Part shown: one piece after another, positions 45,543 to 53,156 of the stretch
Layout: every line of letters starts with the position of its first letter
Position numbering within the stretch: position 1 is the first letter of the stretch
Source: a virus
Taxonomy: Duplodnaviria > Caudoviricetes
Strand: one strand, 5' to 3'
Virus record (IMG/VR): IMGVR_UViG_3300021170_000022
Span: 1 to 58,478 of that record
DNA length: 58,478 nucleotides
Made by a program: the position numbers and the translations under genes
Notes under the pieces: model-generated
Databases searched by the model: none
What the model was told of the DNA's origin: nothing
Seen by the model: the letters and a program-made list of their open reading frames with translations, nothing else

Positions 45543-45671
45543 ATGAACAAACCTGTTCCTCCCGAACTGGACCGGATAACCGACAAGGTTTTGGCATACA
45601 AGCCGAAGCCAAAGACGAAGGCCGCGAAGCGGCGCAAGCGAAAGAGGCAACGCGATGCAAAGAAAGGTTAA
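45543..45671 (+). CDS. IS passenger basic peptide (42 aa)
   Basis: MNKPVPPELDRITDKVLAYKPKPKTKAAKRRKRKR...; stop abuts IRR. Confidence 0.6.
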   Translation: MNKPVPPELDRITDKVLAYKPKPKTKAAKRRKRKRQRDAKKG

Positions 45672-45694
45672 CGGGAGTCATGTATATAAATCCC

Positions 45695-46246
45695 CTATTT
45701 TTGAGCAACACAGCCATATCCAAGCGGGAAATTGAAAACGCCCAGCGAAACACGAGCGCGCGGTTCGTGGACAATGACCGAAAACCCAAAGTCACGCAGT
45801 AAGCGCTCCATGCCGGCCTTCGTGAACCGCCATAGATCGGAATCTTCGACCTCGTCCCAGTTCGTGACATAGGTCAGGATCAGGTGGCCACCGGGACGCA
45901 ACCACGCAGCAAAGCCGCGGAGCAGCTCTGGCACGTGTTCGATGTACTGCAGCACCTGGTTGCACATGATCGCGTCCAGCGGCCCCATCGCGGGACTGCC
46001 GTTTAGCCCGTCCCCGATTTCGAACGGAATATACTGGCCGCCCTGCACGAGATCGCTGTATGGCATCTTTCCGCAGCCAAAATCCAACACGCGGCCCTGC
46101 AGATACCGCCGATGCTTTTCCATGAACTGGCGGATACTCGCCCGCTCGATCTGCCTGACCTGGTCGAACCCGGCGAAGTCCCGATCCAGATCGCACTGAC
46201 TCGCGCCGTCAAGCTCCGGCGCCCGCAGGTACCGCAAGCTGATCAC
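45695..46246 (-). CDS. class I SAM-dependent methyltransferase
   Basis: VLDFGCGKMPY, DAIMCNQVLQY, LRPGG. Confidence 0.9.
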   Translation of the reverse strand: MISLRYLRAPELDGASQCDLDRDFAGFDQVRQIERASIRQFMEKHRRYLQGRVLDFGCGKMPYSDLVQGGQYIPFEIGDGLNGSPAMGPLDAIMCNQVLQYIEHVPELLRGFAAWLRPGGHLILTYVTNWDEVEDSDLWRFTKAGMERLLRDFGFSVIVHEPRARVSLGVFNFPLGYGCVAQK

Positions 46247-46839
46247 GCCAGCTTCCTCCACACGCCGACCAGCGTCCTACACGGAAACCCATCCAAATCC
46301 TGATCCAGAATCACGCGACGCTCTTCGAACAAATTCGTATAAGAAAGATGCTTGTCCAGCTTCTCTTCCGTCAGCGAATGATCGTGGATCAGGTTGAGCA
46401 GCTCCGGAGGCCTCAGATTGACATGGAGATAAAACCTCCCGCCTGGCTTAAGCAATCGCGCCACCTTTAGCACGACGTAAAAGTCCATCTCGCCATGATC
46501 CAGCGCATTGGTCGTCAAGATCGCATCGAACGTCTCGTTTGTGTCCCAGCGTTCGAAGCATTCGTCGACCTGGCGGATGTCGCCCCGGTCCTCGAGGATG
46601 CCGGCCGCATGATATACCGGGAACAATGGATCGACCGCAAACTTAAGATGGGCGTCTAGATATGGCAACAATCCCCAATGCGGGCCCGTACCGATCTCCA
46701 GAATCTGCGCGTGGCCCCTCGGCACCGTGATCCCGAGCGCCTCCAGATACTGCTTGAGCTGCGCTCGCTCATCGCCCATATCGGCACGAAGCCAATGCTT
46801 CAGCTCGAGCAGATCCTTGTGCGTGAGCGTGAGGCTCAT
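46243..46839 (-). CDS. class I SAM-dependent methyltransferase
   Basis: ILEIGTGP, AVDPL, FDAILTTNALDH, LLKPGG. Confidence 0.9.
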   Translation of the reverse strand: MSLTLTHKDLLELKHWLRADMGDERAQLKQYLEALGITVPRGHAQILEIGTGPHWGLLPYLDAHLKFAVDPLFPVYHAAGILEDRGDIRQVDECFERWDTNETFDAILTTNALDHGEMDFYVVLKVARLLKPGGRFYLHVNLRPPELLNLIHDHSLTEEKLDKHLSYTNLFEERRVILDQDLDGFPCRTLVGVWRKLA

Positions 46840-47345
46840 TTCACAGCCTCCAGGATCACCATAATTTTATGGCGTTCAGGAGCGTCCGGCGCATACTGGA
46901 TCGGCGTCCAGTTTTTTCCGCTTCGCCCGCCAACGGTTCGGAACAATGCCGTGACCCCCATCCCCGGCCCTAGGCGTCCGCGCTCCCCTCCTCGGTGGTT
47001 CCACTCTTCACAAAAGTAATAACGGGTGTCCGCCGTCCATACCGAAACATGTGTCGGATCGACCCAGGGAGCAACCCCGGGAAGGCACGGAACGTACAGG
47101 TCGAGCTTCCCGCCTGGCCGCAGCACCCTATGCGCTTCATTCAGGCACCAGATGATCCCTTTGTTGCCAGGGAATTCGGCGTTGTCCAGGTGTTCGAACA
47201 CATCATGCGCAAAAATCTCGTTGGCGCTCGAATCCCCCCAGGGCCACGGCTTTCGCAGATCCGCAATCACATCCGCCGGCGCTACGCGGTCGACGTTCAC
47301 ATAGCCGGGCCTATGATCGTCCGAACATCCGAGATTCAGCTTCAT
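46836..47345 (-). CDS. class I SAM-dependent methyltransferase
   Basis: KLNLGCS, YVNVD, HDVFEHL, RVLRPGG, DPTH. Confidence 0.9.
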   Translation of the reverse strand: MKLNLGCSDDHRPGYVNVDRVAPADVIADLRKPWPWGDSSANEIFAHDVFEHLDNAEFPGNKGIIWCLNEAHRVLRPGGKLDLYVPCLPGVAPWVDPTHVSVWTADTRYYFCEEWNHRGGERGRLGPGMGVTALFRTVGGRSGKNWTPIQYAPDAPERHKIMVILEAVK

Positions 47346-48022
47346 GCCCCCGCGCTCCATGCGTACCCCGGGACTCCAGCAAACCCGGGAACTTTCTGCC
47401 AAGGACCGCCCGAGGTCCGCCGCGGGCTATTGTTCCCGGGATGAATCGTCGCCACCATCAGATCGCCGGCGTCAGCGCTGGCCAGCTGCCCGGCGTTCGC
47501 CGCTTCATTGCTGAACAAAACGTCCGAACCGACCTGCATCGCCGAAAACCGGTGCTTCTCCCACCAATCCCGCCGGAAGCACAGCGATGTCCCCATGGCG
47601 AACGTTGGCGGACCTGGATATTTCCACCAGTCGCGCCCGTCGGTAAACATCATCGTGTGGTAACCGGTCACCGCCTTGCCGCTTTCCTGCAGCCGCTGGA
47701 CCTGGTCCGCCACGCGGCCGGGAGCGCTATAGTCGTCGTCGTCCCACTTGCACACGATCTCCGTCTTCGAAAGCTCGCAGCACAGATTGAACTTCTCCCC
47801 ACTGGTCCGCGGCCGCTCGGGATCCCGAAGCGTGCACAGCGAAATCCGCAGATCGTCTTTCGGGATCAGATCCCCCACTTCTTCTCCGTCCGCGATGATC
47901 AGCATTCTCAAATCCGCGTAGGTCTGCGCCTGAAAGCACGCGATCGCCTTCGGCAGCCACCGCCGCCGATTTCGCGTCGGACAGAAGCACGTGACGCTCG
48001 GATTCGCGTTCATCTCATCCAT
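47342..48022 (-). CDS. family 2 glycosyltransferase
   Basis: PTRNR..WL.KAI.CF..QTY, IIADG, KWDDDD. Confidence 0.9.
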   Translation of the reverse strand: MDEMNANPSVTCFCPTRNRRRWLPKAIACFQAQTYADLRMLIIADGEEVGDLIPKDDLRISLCTLRDPERPRTSGEKFNLCCELSKTEIVCKWDDDDYSAPGRVADQVQRLQESGKAVTGYHTMMFTDGRDWWKYPGPPTFAMGTSLCFRRDWWEKHRFSAMQVGSDVLFSNEAANAGQLASADAGDLMVATIHPGNNSPRRTSGGPWQKVPGFAGVPGYAWSAGA

Positions 48023-48028
48023 CCGCGG

Positions 48029-48397
48029 CTAATCATTCGAACCCAGTGCCATGCATGTCAATTCCATCCACCGATTCCGCTCGAGAACATTCTGTACCGC
48101 CCGAATTACATACTGGCTGCCGTTGGGCGCCTGAATGCGACGATTGGCGAGCACATCGCTGCGATATCGAAGGGTGATCATAATCATGACCTGCGAAATA
48201 TCTTGACCAGCTTTGATAACATCGATTCCGCGGAATGGAGCAATTTCAGCCCGCGCCGTCTCCGGCGGAGACGAAGCCACCCAATCCACCTCGGCGCCGG
48301 CGTTGGCTATGCTCGTGACCGGATTCAAAAAAGTAATCAGATGACGCAGCCTGCCTGGATCCATCACCGGCTCGCCGTTGACGATTTTGACCGGCAT
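48029..48397 (-). CDS. head closure protein (SPP1 gp16-like)
   Basis: PGRLRHLIT, ITLRYR.DV, Y.I.AV. Confidence 0.85.
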   Translation of the reverse strand: MPVKIVNGEPVMDPGRLRHLITFLNPVTSIANAGAEVDWVASSPPETARAEIAPFRGIDVIKAGQDISQVMIMITLRYRSDVLANRRIQAPNGSQYVIRAVQNVLERNRWMELTCMALGSND

Positions 48398-49290
48398 CAG
48401 AATCTAAAATCGCGCACGGGCGCTAAAACAGCCTTGACCTGCGCGGGAATATCGTTCTCATCGGCCATGCGGATATCGAACCAGCGATTCACCAACATCT
48501 TGATGCCAGACTTGATCAATCCCCAATGCGCTGGATTTCCGCTAGGCGCATTTACTAGAAGCGCTGTTTGATTCGAATAGCCCTGCGCTGCCGGATCACG
48601 CAGGATAGCGTTTGAGTCCGGCGGGGAACTGATTGATGCGATCACCGTATTCAGCGTTCTTCCGCTTGGCCCCGCAGCCGGGATCGAGATAGGGCGCCCG
48701 ACGTCCGCTGCGGCGAACATATATGCATTCGCCGTCACCGCGCTAAGGTTCGGTGGCGAGCCTCCCGCCGAAACGACCACCGGCATCGCATATCCCATCG
48801 TGAAATCCACTTGGATCGCATTCACCACCACCCGCGCTACTGGCCACATCCTTCCGAAGGGAGGCGTCAAACGAGCCGGGTTCGATTGCAGATCCGCCGT
48901 GAAATCCGTCGCCGGATTCATCACAGTGACGTTTCCGTTAGCATCCAGATATTGGAACAAGACGAGGCTCCGCACGGGAGGGTAGGGCAATACGATCGCA
49001 TATCGAATGCCCACCAGAACCGCATTCGAGCCGCTCACGAACGGACTCGAAACCTTCTGCCCCGCGAGCTTCAGGTCGATGTATCCGGGAAAAAAATCCA
49101 TCAGCAGGCGCCACGTTTGCTGCACGAAGCGCCTGCTGGTATAGGTTTCCGCCCAAGCGCGCGCGGCCATTTCCAACGCAAGAATTACGTCGTCTTGCGA
49201 AGTATCGCCGGCATCCACCTGCAGGAAGTCCTTAAGCTCTGCAAGCGATACCGGCTCGACGACCGGCGGGTTGAGCAGGATCAAGGCCAT
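48397..49290 (-). CDS. head-tail connector (gp6-like) with insertions
   Basis: PPVVEPVSLAELKDFL.VD, AETYT.R.FV.QTW, PPV, K.GI.MLV..WF..R. Confidence 0.87.
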   Translation of the reverse strand: MALILLNPPVVEPVSLAELKDFLQVDAGDTSQDDVILALEMAARAWAETYTSRRFVQQTWRLLMDFFPGYIDLKLAGQKVSSPFVSGSNAVLVGIRYAIVLPYPPVRSLVLFQYLDANGNVTVMNPATDFTADLQSNPARLTPPFGRMWPVARVVVNAIQVDFTMGYAMPVVVSAGGSPPNLSAVTANAYMFAAADVGRPISIPAAGPSGRTLNTVIASISSPPDSNAILRDPAAQGYSNQTALLVNAPSGNPAHWGLIKSGIKMLVNRWFDIRMADENDIPAQVKAVLAPVRDFRF

Positions 49291-49304
49291 CGCTTAACGA
49301 TGCC

Positions 49305-49622
49305 CTATGCAGCCTTTTTCTGGTCCGCGAGGGATGTGACGATGCCGGCTTCTTCCAGCTTGTACGCCAGCTGCTCCGGCAGTTCCGTTTCATCGCCCGC
49401 CTTGAATGAAATATCGCGCCCGAATCCGACAGGTTTCTCCGCGTACCGGTCGGCTTTTTTCATCTCGGCGATTTGAAAGTTAATCGTCGACGGCTTGAGC
49501 TGTTGGTTCTCCGGCTTCGCCGCGTTCTGATCGCGAAGGAGCTGATATTTAGCATCCAGCGCCTTCACATTTGGGTCAGCCAAATGCGCCCATGAATCCA
49601 AGAATTTAACTCGTTTTTTCAT
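49305..49622 (-). CDS. hypothetical protein downstream of the capsid gene
   Basis: F.AGD..EL...LA..L...G C-terminal motif. Confidence 0.65.
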   Translation of the reverse strand: MKKRVKFLDSWAHLADPNVKALDAKYQLLRDQNAAKPENQQLKPSTINFQIAEMKKADRYAEKPVGFGRDISFKAGDETELPEQLAYKLEEAGIVTSLADQKKAA

Positions 49623-49671
49623 TTTGCATTTTCCCCTTCAAGAAAGATTTTGTACTTGCATTCCCTGATCG

Positions 49672-49713
49672 GCGGGCCCGGCCATCGAGCCGAAACCGGA
49701 TGGACGAGCCCGC
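49672..49713. terminator. GC-rich hairpin after the capsid gene
   Basis: GCGGGC.CG.CCATC ... GATGG.CG.GCCCGC; no clear U-tract. Confidence 0.4.
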
Positions 49714-49730
49714 TCAGATTCAGGAAAAAC

Positions 49731-51134
49731 CTAAACAGCGCTCTGCTGCATCACCGCAAGCGGGTGCGTGCCGGCGTCGATTTCGTTCGAATCGAAACGC
49801 ATGAAAGCCTGCAGTCCGATCTGCAGATAATCGGCATACCGCTCCACCAAGCGAAGCACGGTAACGCCGCCAGCGACCTTGCGAACCTTGAAGCAGCTCA
49901 TGTCGCCGAACACCATCGTGTAGGCGCTCGCGGCCGGCGTTGCCATATCCTGGTTGATCACATACGGATGGTCCAGAATCGTTGGCTTCGACGCCGTCAG
50001 ATCCACCGCCGCACCTTCGCGGAAGCTAGCCGTCAATCCCGGTTGCCACAGCGGCCGGTTATTGCCATCCACCAGCTTTTTGATGAGCTTCAGCATTGCG
50101 TCACTCATCATCCACCGAGTCGCCGGATTATACCGGTATGCCGGATCGACCGAATGCTCCAGGTCAACAAGGTTGTTGTATGCGATTGACGCGGTGTTGC
50201 CATTTGCCAAGGTCAGGACCGTGCCATTCGCAGCGACTGCGGTCACAATGCCCGTCGGACCGCCGACGCCCGTGCCCACAGTGCACTGGAAATTCAACAG
50301 ACGGCCGAGGCGGATCCCGAGCAGGCGCGCCGCCAACGCGTCCATGTCGAAATACGAATCTTCCATCAGCGCAAGCGGAATCAGGATGATATCGCTCGAT
50401 CCGATATACGCGTTGAACGTGACCTGCCCGAAAACCAGGTCGGTTTCGGTGACCTGCACGTTCTGCCCGATGATCCGGCCTTTATTGGTCGTATCGTTGA
50501 TAGTCGGCCACGGCCAGGGATTTCCCGAACCGGTTTCGAATTCATCGACCACGCCATCGATTCCACCGAACCACTTCATCGCCTCGAAGAGATCTTTCGA
50601 GAATCCGGTCGGGATCACGTATCCGCCCTGACTTCCGACATTCCCACTCTGCGCGTTCTGAATCTTCGTGATCTCGCTGAGAACGTGACGGTCTTCATCC
50701 GTCAAGCCCTCAATGCTCTTGAATTGCCGCGCCTGGCGTAGGTAGTTGTGAAACGCCCGTTCATGGAGTTTTTGGGCGATCATTTCGGCGCTGTCCCCGA
50801 CCTTCGGAGTCCTGGCCTCCACGCGCGCCTTGACAGCGGACGGCGTGAGCCGGAATTCGGTCAGATACTCCTGAAGCTGTTCCGGACCAGCGATCACCAC
50901 TTGCGCCGCGCCGGGATTGGCCGCGGGCTGTCGCAACGCAGCGAAGCGATCTTCCGAGCGTTCGCGTGCCACCACCATTTGCTCCTGGTTGGTGTAGTCC
51001 TCTTCCATCCGCTGGTATTCGGTGCGTTCGTCAACCGTCCAGGGCCGGTTTTGAGCGTCGATTTTCGACATGTGGTCGCGCATCTGCGTCGCAAGACGAT
51101 CCAGTTGTTCGCGACCCTTTTTATCAAAGGCCAT
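49731..51134 (-). CDS. HK97-family major capsid protein
   Basis: N-terminal delta domain, GGYVIPTGF, LMEDS, GTG..GPTGI, KLVDGNNRPLW, RFD. Confidence 0.95.
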   Translation of the reverse strand: MAFDKKGREQLDRLATQMRDHMSKIDAQNRPWTVDERTEYQRMEEDYTNQEQMVVARERSEDRFAALRQPAANPGAAQVVIAGPEQLQEYLTEFRLTPSAVKARVEARTPKVGDSAEMIAQKLHERAFHNYLRQARQFKSIEGLTDEDRHVLSEITKIQNAQSGNVGSQGGYVIPTGFSKDLFEAMKWFGGIDGVVDEFETGSGNPWPWPTINDTTNKGRIIGQNVQVTETDLVFGQVTFNAYIGSSDIILIPLALMEDSYFDMDALAARLLGIRLGRLLNFQCTVGTGVGGPTGIVTAVAANGTVLTLANGNTASIAYNNLVDLEHSVDPAYRYNPATRWMMSDAMLKLIKKLVDGNNRPLWQPGLTASFREGAAVDLTASKPTILDHPYVINQDMATPAASAYTMVFGDMSCFKVRKVAGGVTVLRLVERYADYLQIGLQAFMRFDSNEIDAGTHPLAVMQQSAV

Positions 51135-51280
51135 GAGTTTTCTCCTTTTTCAAATTTTGAATTTATACTTCCCTGACGGTTGGACCGCCCCACCGCGACC
51201 CTAGCCGCGGCTGCCTGTCCTGCGGAAATCCCGTTCAACTCTCCTAAGTGGTGAGCCGGATTTTGCCAGGATCCGATTTT

Positions 51281-52231
51281 TTAAACCTGTTTCAGAGCCC
51301 GCTCGCGATCACGTTGCCTCTGTCTGGCCCTCGCCATATCCATCTGCGTGATCTTGGCCGAGGCCTGTTCCTGCATTGGACAATCAACGCAGTTTTCGTC
51401 TACGCAGTCCGGATTTGAACATTTGGCGCAGTTGCCCTCAACGCATTCCTCGCACCGGCATTCACATTCAGCCTCAGAATTCTGAGGCTCGCTGGTCGTC
51501 GGTGGATTTGGCGGCTGACCCCTGAGCGCCTGGGGAAGTTTCTTCAGCCGCGCAAGTACCTTGAAGCCGCGAGCCATTGCCATTGCAGCCCGCTCTTCCT
51601 CCGCCGGAGGCTCGACGATCGCAGTCGCGAATCCCTGTTCAACGCAATCCTGCGCAGAAAGCCAGGTCTCCTCGTCCATCAACGAACGGATATCTTCTGC
51701 CTTTAGTCCCGTCCGATCGAAATAGGCTGCGGCGATGCTTTCGTCGATCTTATCGAGCGCTTCCGCCATTTTCTGCATATCGCGCGAATTTCCAATACAC
51801 CCAGCCCAGGCGTCGTGGATCATCATCATCGCGCTGCGGCCCATGATCCGTTGGCTTCCAGCCATTGCAATGATGCTGGCGGACGAAGCCGCGATCCCAT
51901 CCACTTGCACAATCACCGGCTTTCCGCTCGAAGTAAGCAGCGAATGGATAGCCATACCCTCAAACGCGTCTCCGCCCGGTGAATTGATCCTCACGCGGAT
52001 GGAGGAATATCCCGTCGAGCCATCGAGGGCCTTCTTCACGGCAATTGCGCTGACGAATCCATCCGTGGAATATCCCCATGCTTCCAACATCGAGATAGTC
52101 GCTGCGTCCACGATATCGCCGTAGATCATCAATTCGAGTACACCGTCGCTCCCGACGGCGGCCTGGAAGTACCGGCGCGAATCTACCTGTGGCGCTGGAA
52201 CCGCCGAGCGACCAAATGCGAATTTGCCCAT
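51281..52231 (-). CDS. ClpP-related head maturation protease with Cys-rich C-terminal tail
   Basis: RINSPGGDAFEG, AASSASIIAMAG, MMIHDAW, ETWLSA. Confidence 0.93.
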   Translation of the reverse strand: MGKFAFGRSAVPAPQVDSRRYFQAAVGSDGVLELMIYGDIVDAATISMLEAWGYSTDGFVSAIAVKKALDGSTGYSSIRVRINSPGGDAFEGMAIHSLLTSSGKPVIVQVDGIAASSASIIAMAGSQRIMGRSAMMMIHDAWAGCIGNSRDMQKMAEALDKIDESIAAAYFDRTGLKAEDIRSLMDEETWLSAQDCVEQGFATAIVEPPAEEERAAMAMARGFKVLARLKKLPQALRGQPPNPPTTSEPQNSEAECECRCEECVEGNCAKCSNPDCVDENCVDCPMQEQASAKITQMDMARARQRQRDRERALKQV

Positions 52232-52698
52232 TAGAGTTTCTCCGCAATATACTCAGCCTCGCCGCCGAGTGTTTTGATCAACCGCAGCTGCTGCTCGAGC
52301 CAAGCCACGTGTTCCTCATGCCATTTCAGGAGGTGTTCAAACAAATTCCGTGACGTATCATCCAGGGCTTTCATCGCGATCTGCACCGCGGCTTCGAATG
52401 GGCCTATGATGGCCATCTCGAGAAGTAATTCATTTTGAAAAATTTCCGACAATGTGGCTTGATCGCTAATGTGGCCGATCTCATAGTTGGTGTCGCCCCC
52501 GAGTAATAAGATCCGATCCGCCACTTTTTTCATAAAGCCGTGGGTTTCTGTCCCCAGTTTGTGAATCTTGCGGCTCACCTTACGTATGCCCATGAACTTC
52601 ACGATTCGCCAATCGTGGCGATATTGAACGTTCAAGTGCGCTTCGACCGCGAGCGCCGCTTGTAAGGCCTTAATAACTTCCGAGTTGCCGTTCATCAT
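52231..52698 (-). CDS. bacterioferritin-like protein
   Basis: GNSEVI..L...L..E, RILLLGG, D.TSR.LFE..L...EEH..WLE.QL.LI..LG...Y. Confidence 0.85.
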   Translation of the reverse strand: MMNGNSEVIKALQAALAVEAHLNVQYRHDWRIVKFMGIRKVSRKIHKLGTETHGFMKKVADRILLLGGDTNYEIGHISDQATLSEIFQNELLLEMAIIGPFEAAVQIAMKALDDTSRNLFEHLLKWHEEHVAWLEQQLRLIKTLGGEAEYIAEKL

Positions 52699-52714
52699 CC
52701 ACCTCCCGCGCGAT

Positions 52715-53149
52715 TTACTTCGCGAAATATCTCCGCGTTCCGTCGCCCTGCTCATCCACACGGCTTTCGATCAGACCCTTCGATTTAAGGCCTGAGCACG
52801 GCGCATATACCTGTTGCGGCTCCAAACCCAGCGCTTGACCGATTTCGAGACTGGACATCGGCTTCTTTTTCAGTGCAGCCAGGATCCTGCCAGGGATGCT
52901 CTCCGAGCTAATTGAACCGGCAGTTTTAGCCGGCAATTTCTTGTGCCGCGCCGCCGGGGCCGGCAATGCATTATTTAGCCGGCCTCGTTTCAGAGGAGGC
53001 CCATTCTCCACGGCCGATGCTCCGGTCGACCCGGGAACACGATGCGTCTCCATTTGACGCCCACCCCCCCCCAGTACCGCCGCCAAGACGTCGCCGAATC
53101 CTCCCGTCGCATCCTCAATCTCGATCTGGACTACACGCAATTTCGCCAC
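52715..53149 (-). CDS. hypothetical protein with C-terminal winged HTH
   Basis: ILAALKKKPMSSLEIGQALG...L..KGLIES...RRYF. Confidence 0.7.
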   Translation of the reverse strand: MAKLRVVQIEIEDATGGFGDVLAAVLGGGGRQMETHRVPGSTGASAVENGPPLKRGRLNNALPAPAARHKKLPAKTAGSISSESIPGRILAALKKKPMSSLEIGQALGLEPQQVYAPCSGLKSKGLIESRVDEQGDGTRRYFAK

Positions 53150-53156
53150 GTTATTT

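Larger units (their letters stand above)
44031..45694 (+). mobile_element. IS1595-family insertion sequence with passenger genes
   Basis: IRL GGGAATTATATACTTGACTCCCG (44031-44053); IRR revcomp GGGATTTATATACATGACTCCCG (45672-45694), 21/23 identical; TSD CTATTTTT at 44023-44030 and 45695-45702. Confidence 0.95.

Noticed and set aside
44023-45870. 615-aa ORF on the - strand
   Set aside because: Antisense shadow of the IS1595 genes with no recognisable motifs, though its being open across the whole IS is mildly curious.
45695-47345. DNA methyltransferases or a restriction-modification system
   Set aside because: No DPPY/NPPY or PC motifs; these are short small-molecule-type enzymes next to glycosyltransferases.
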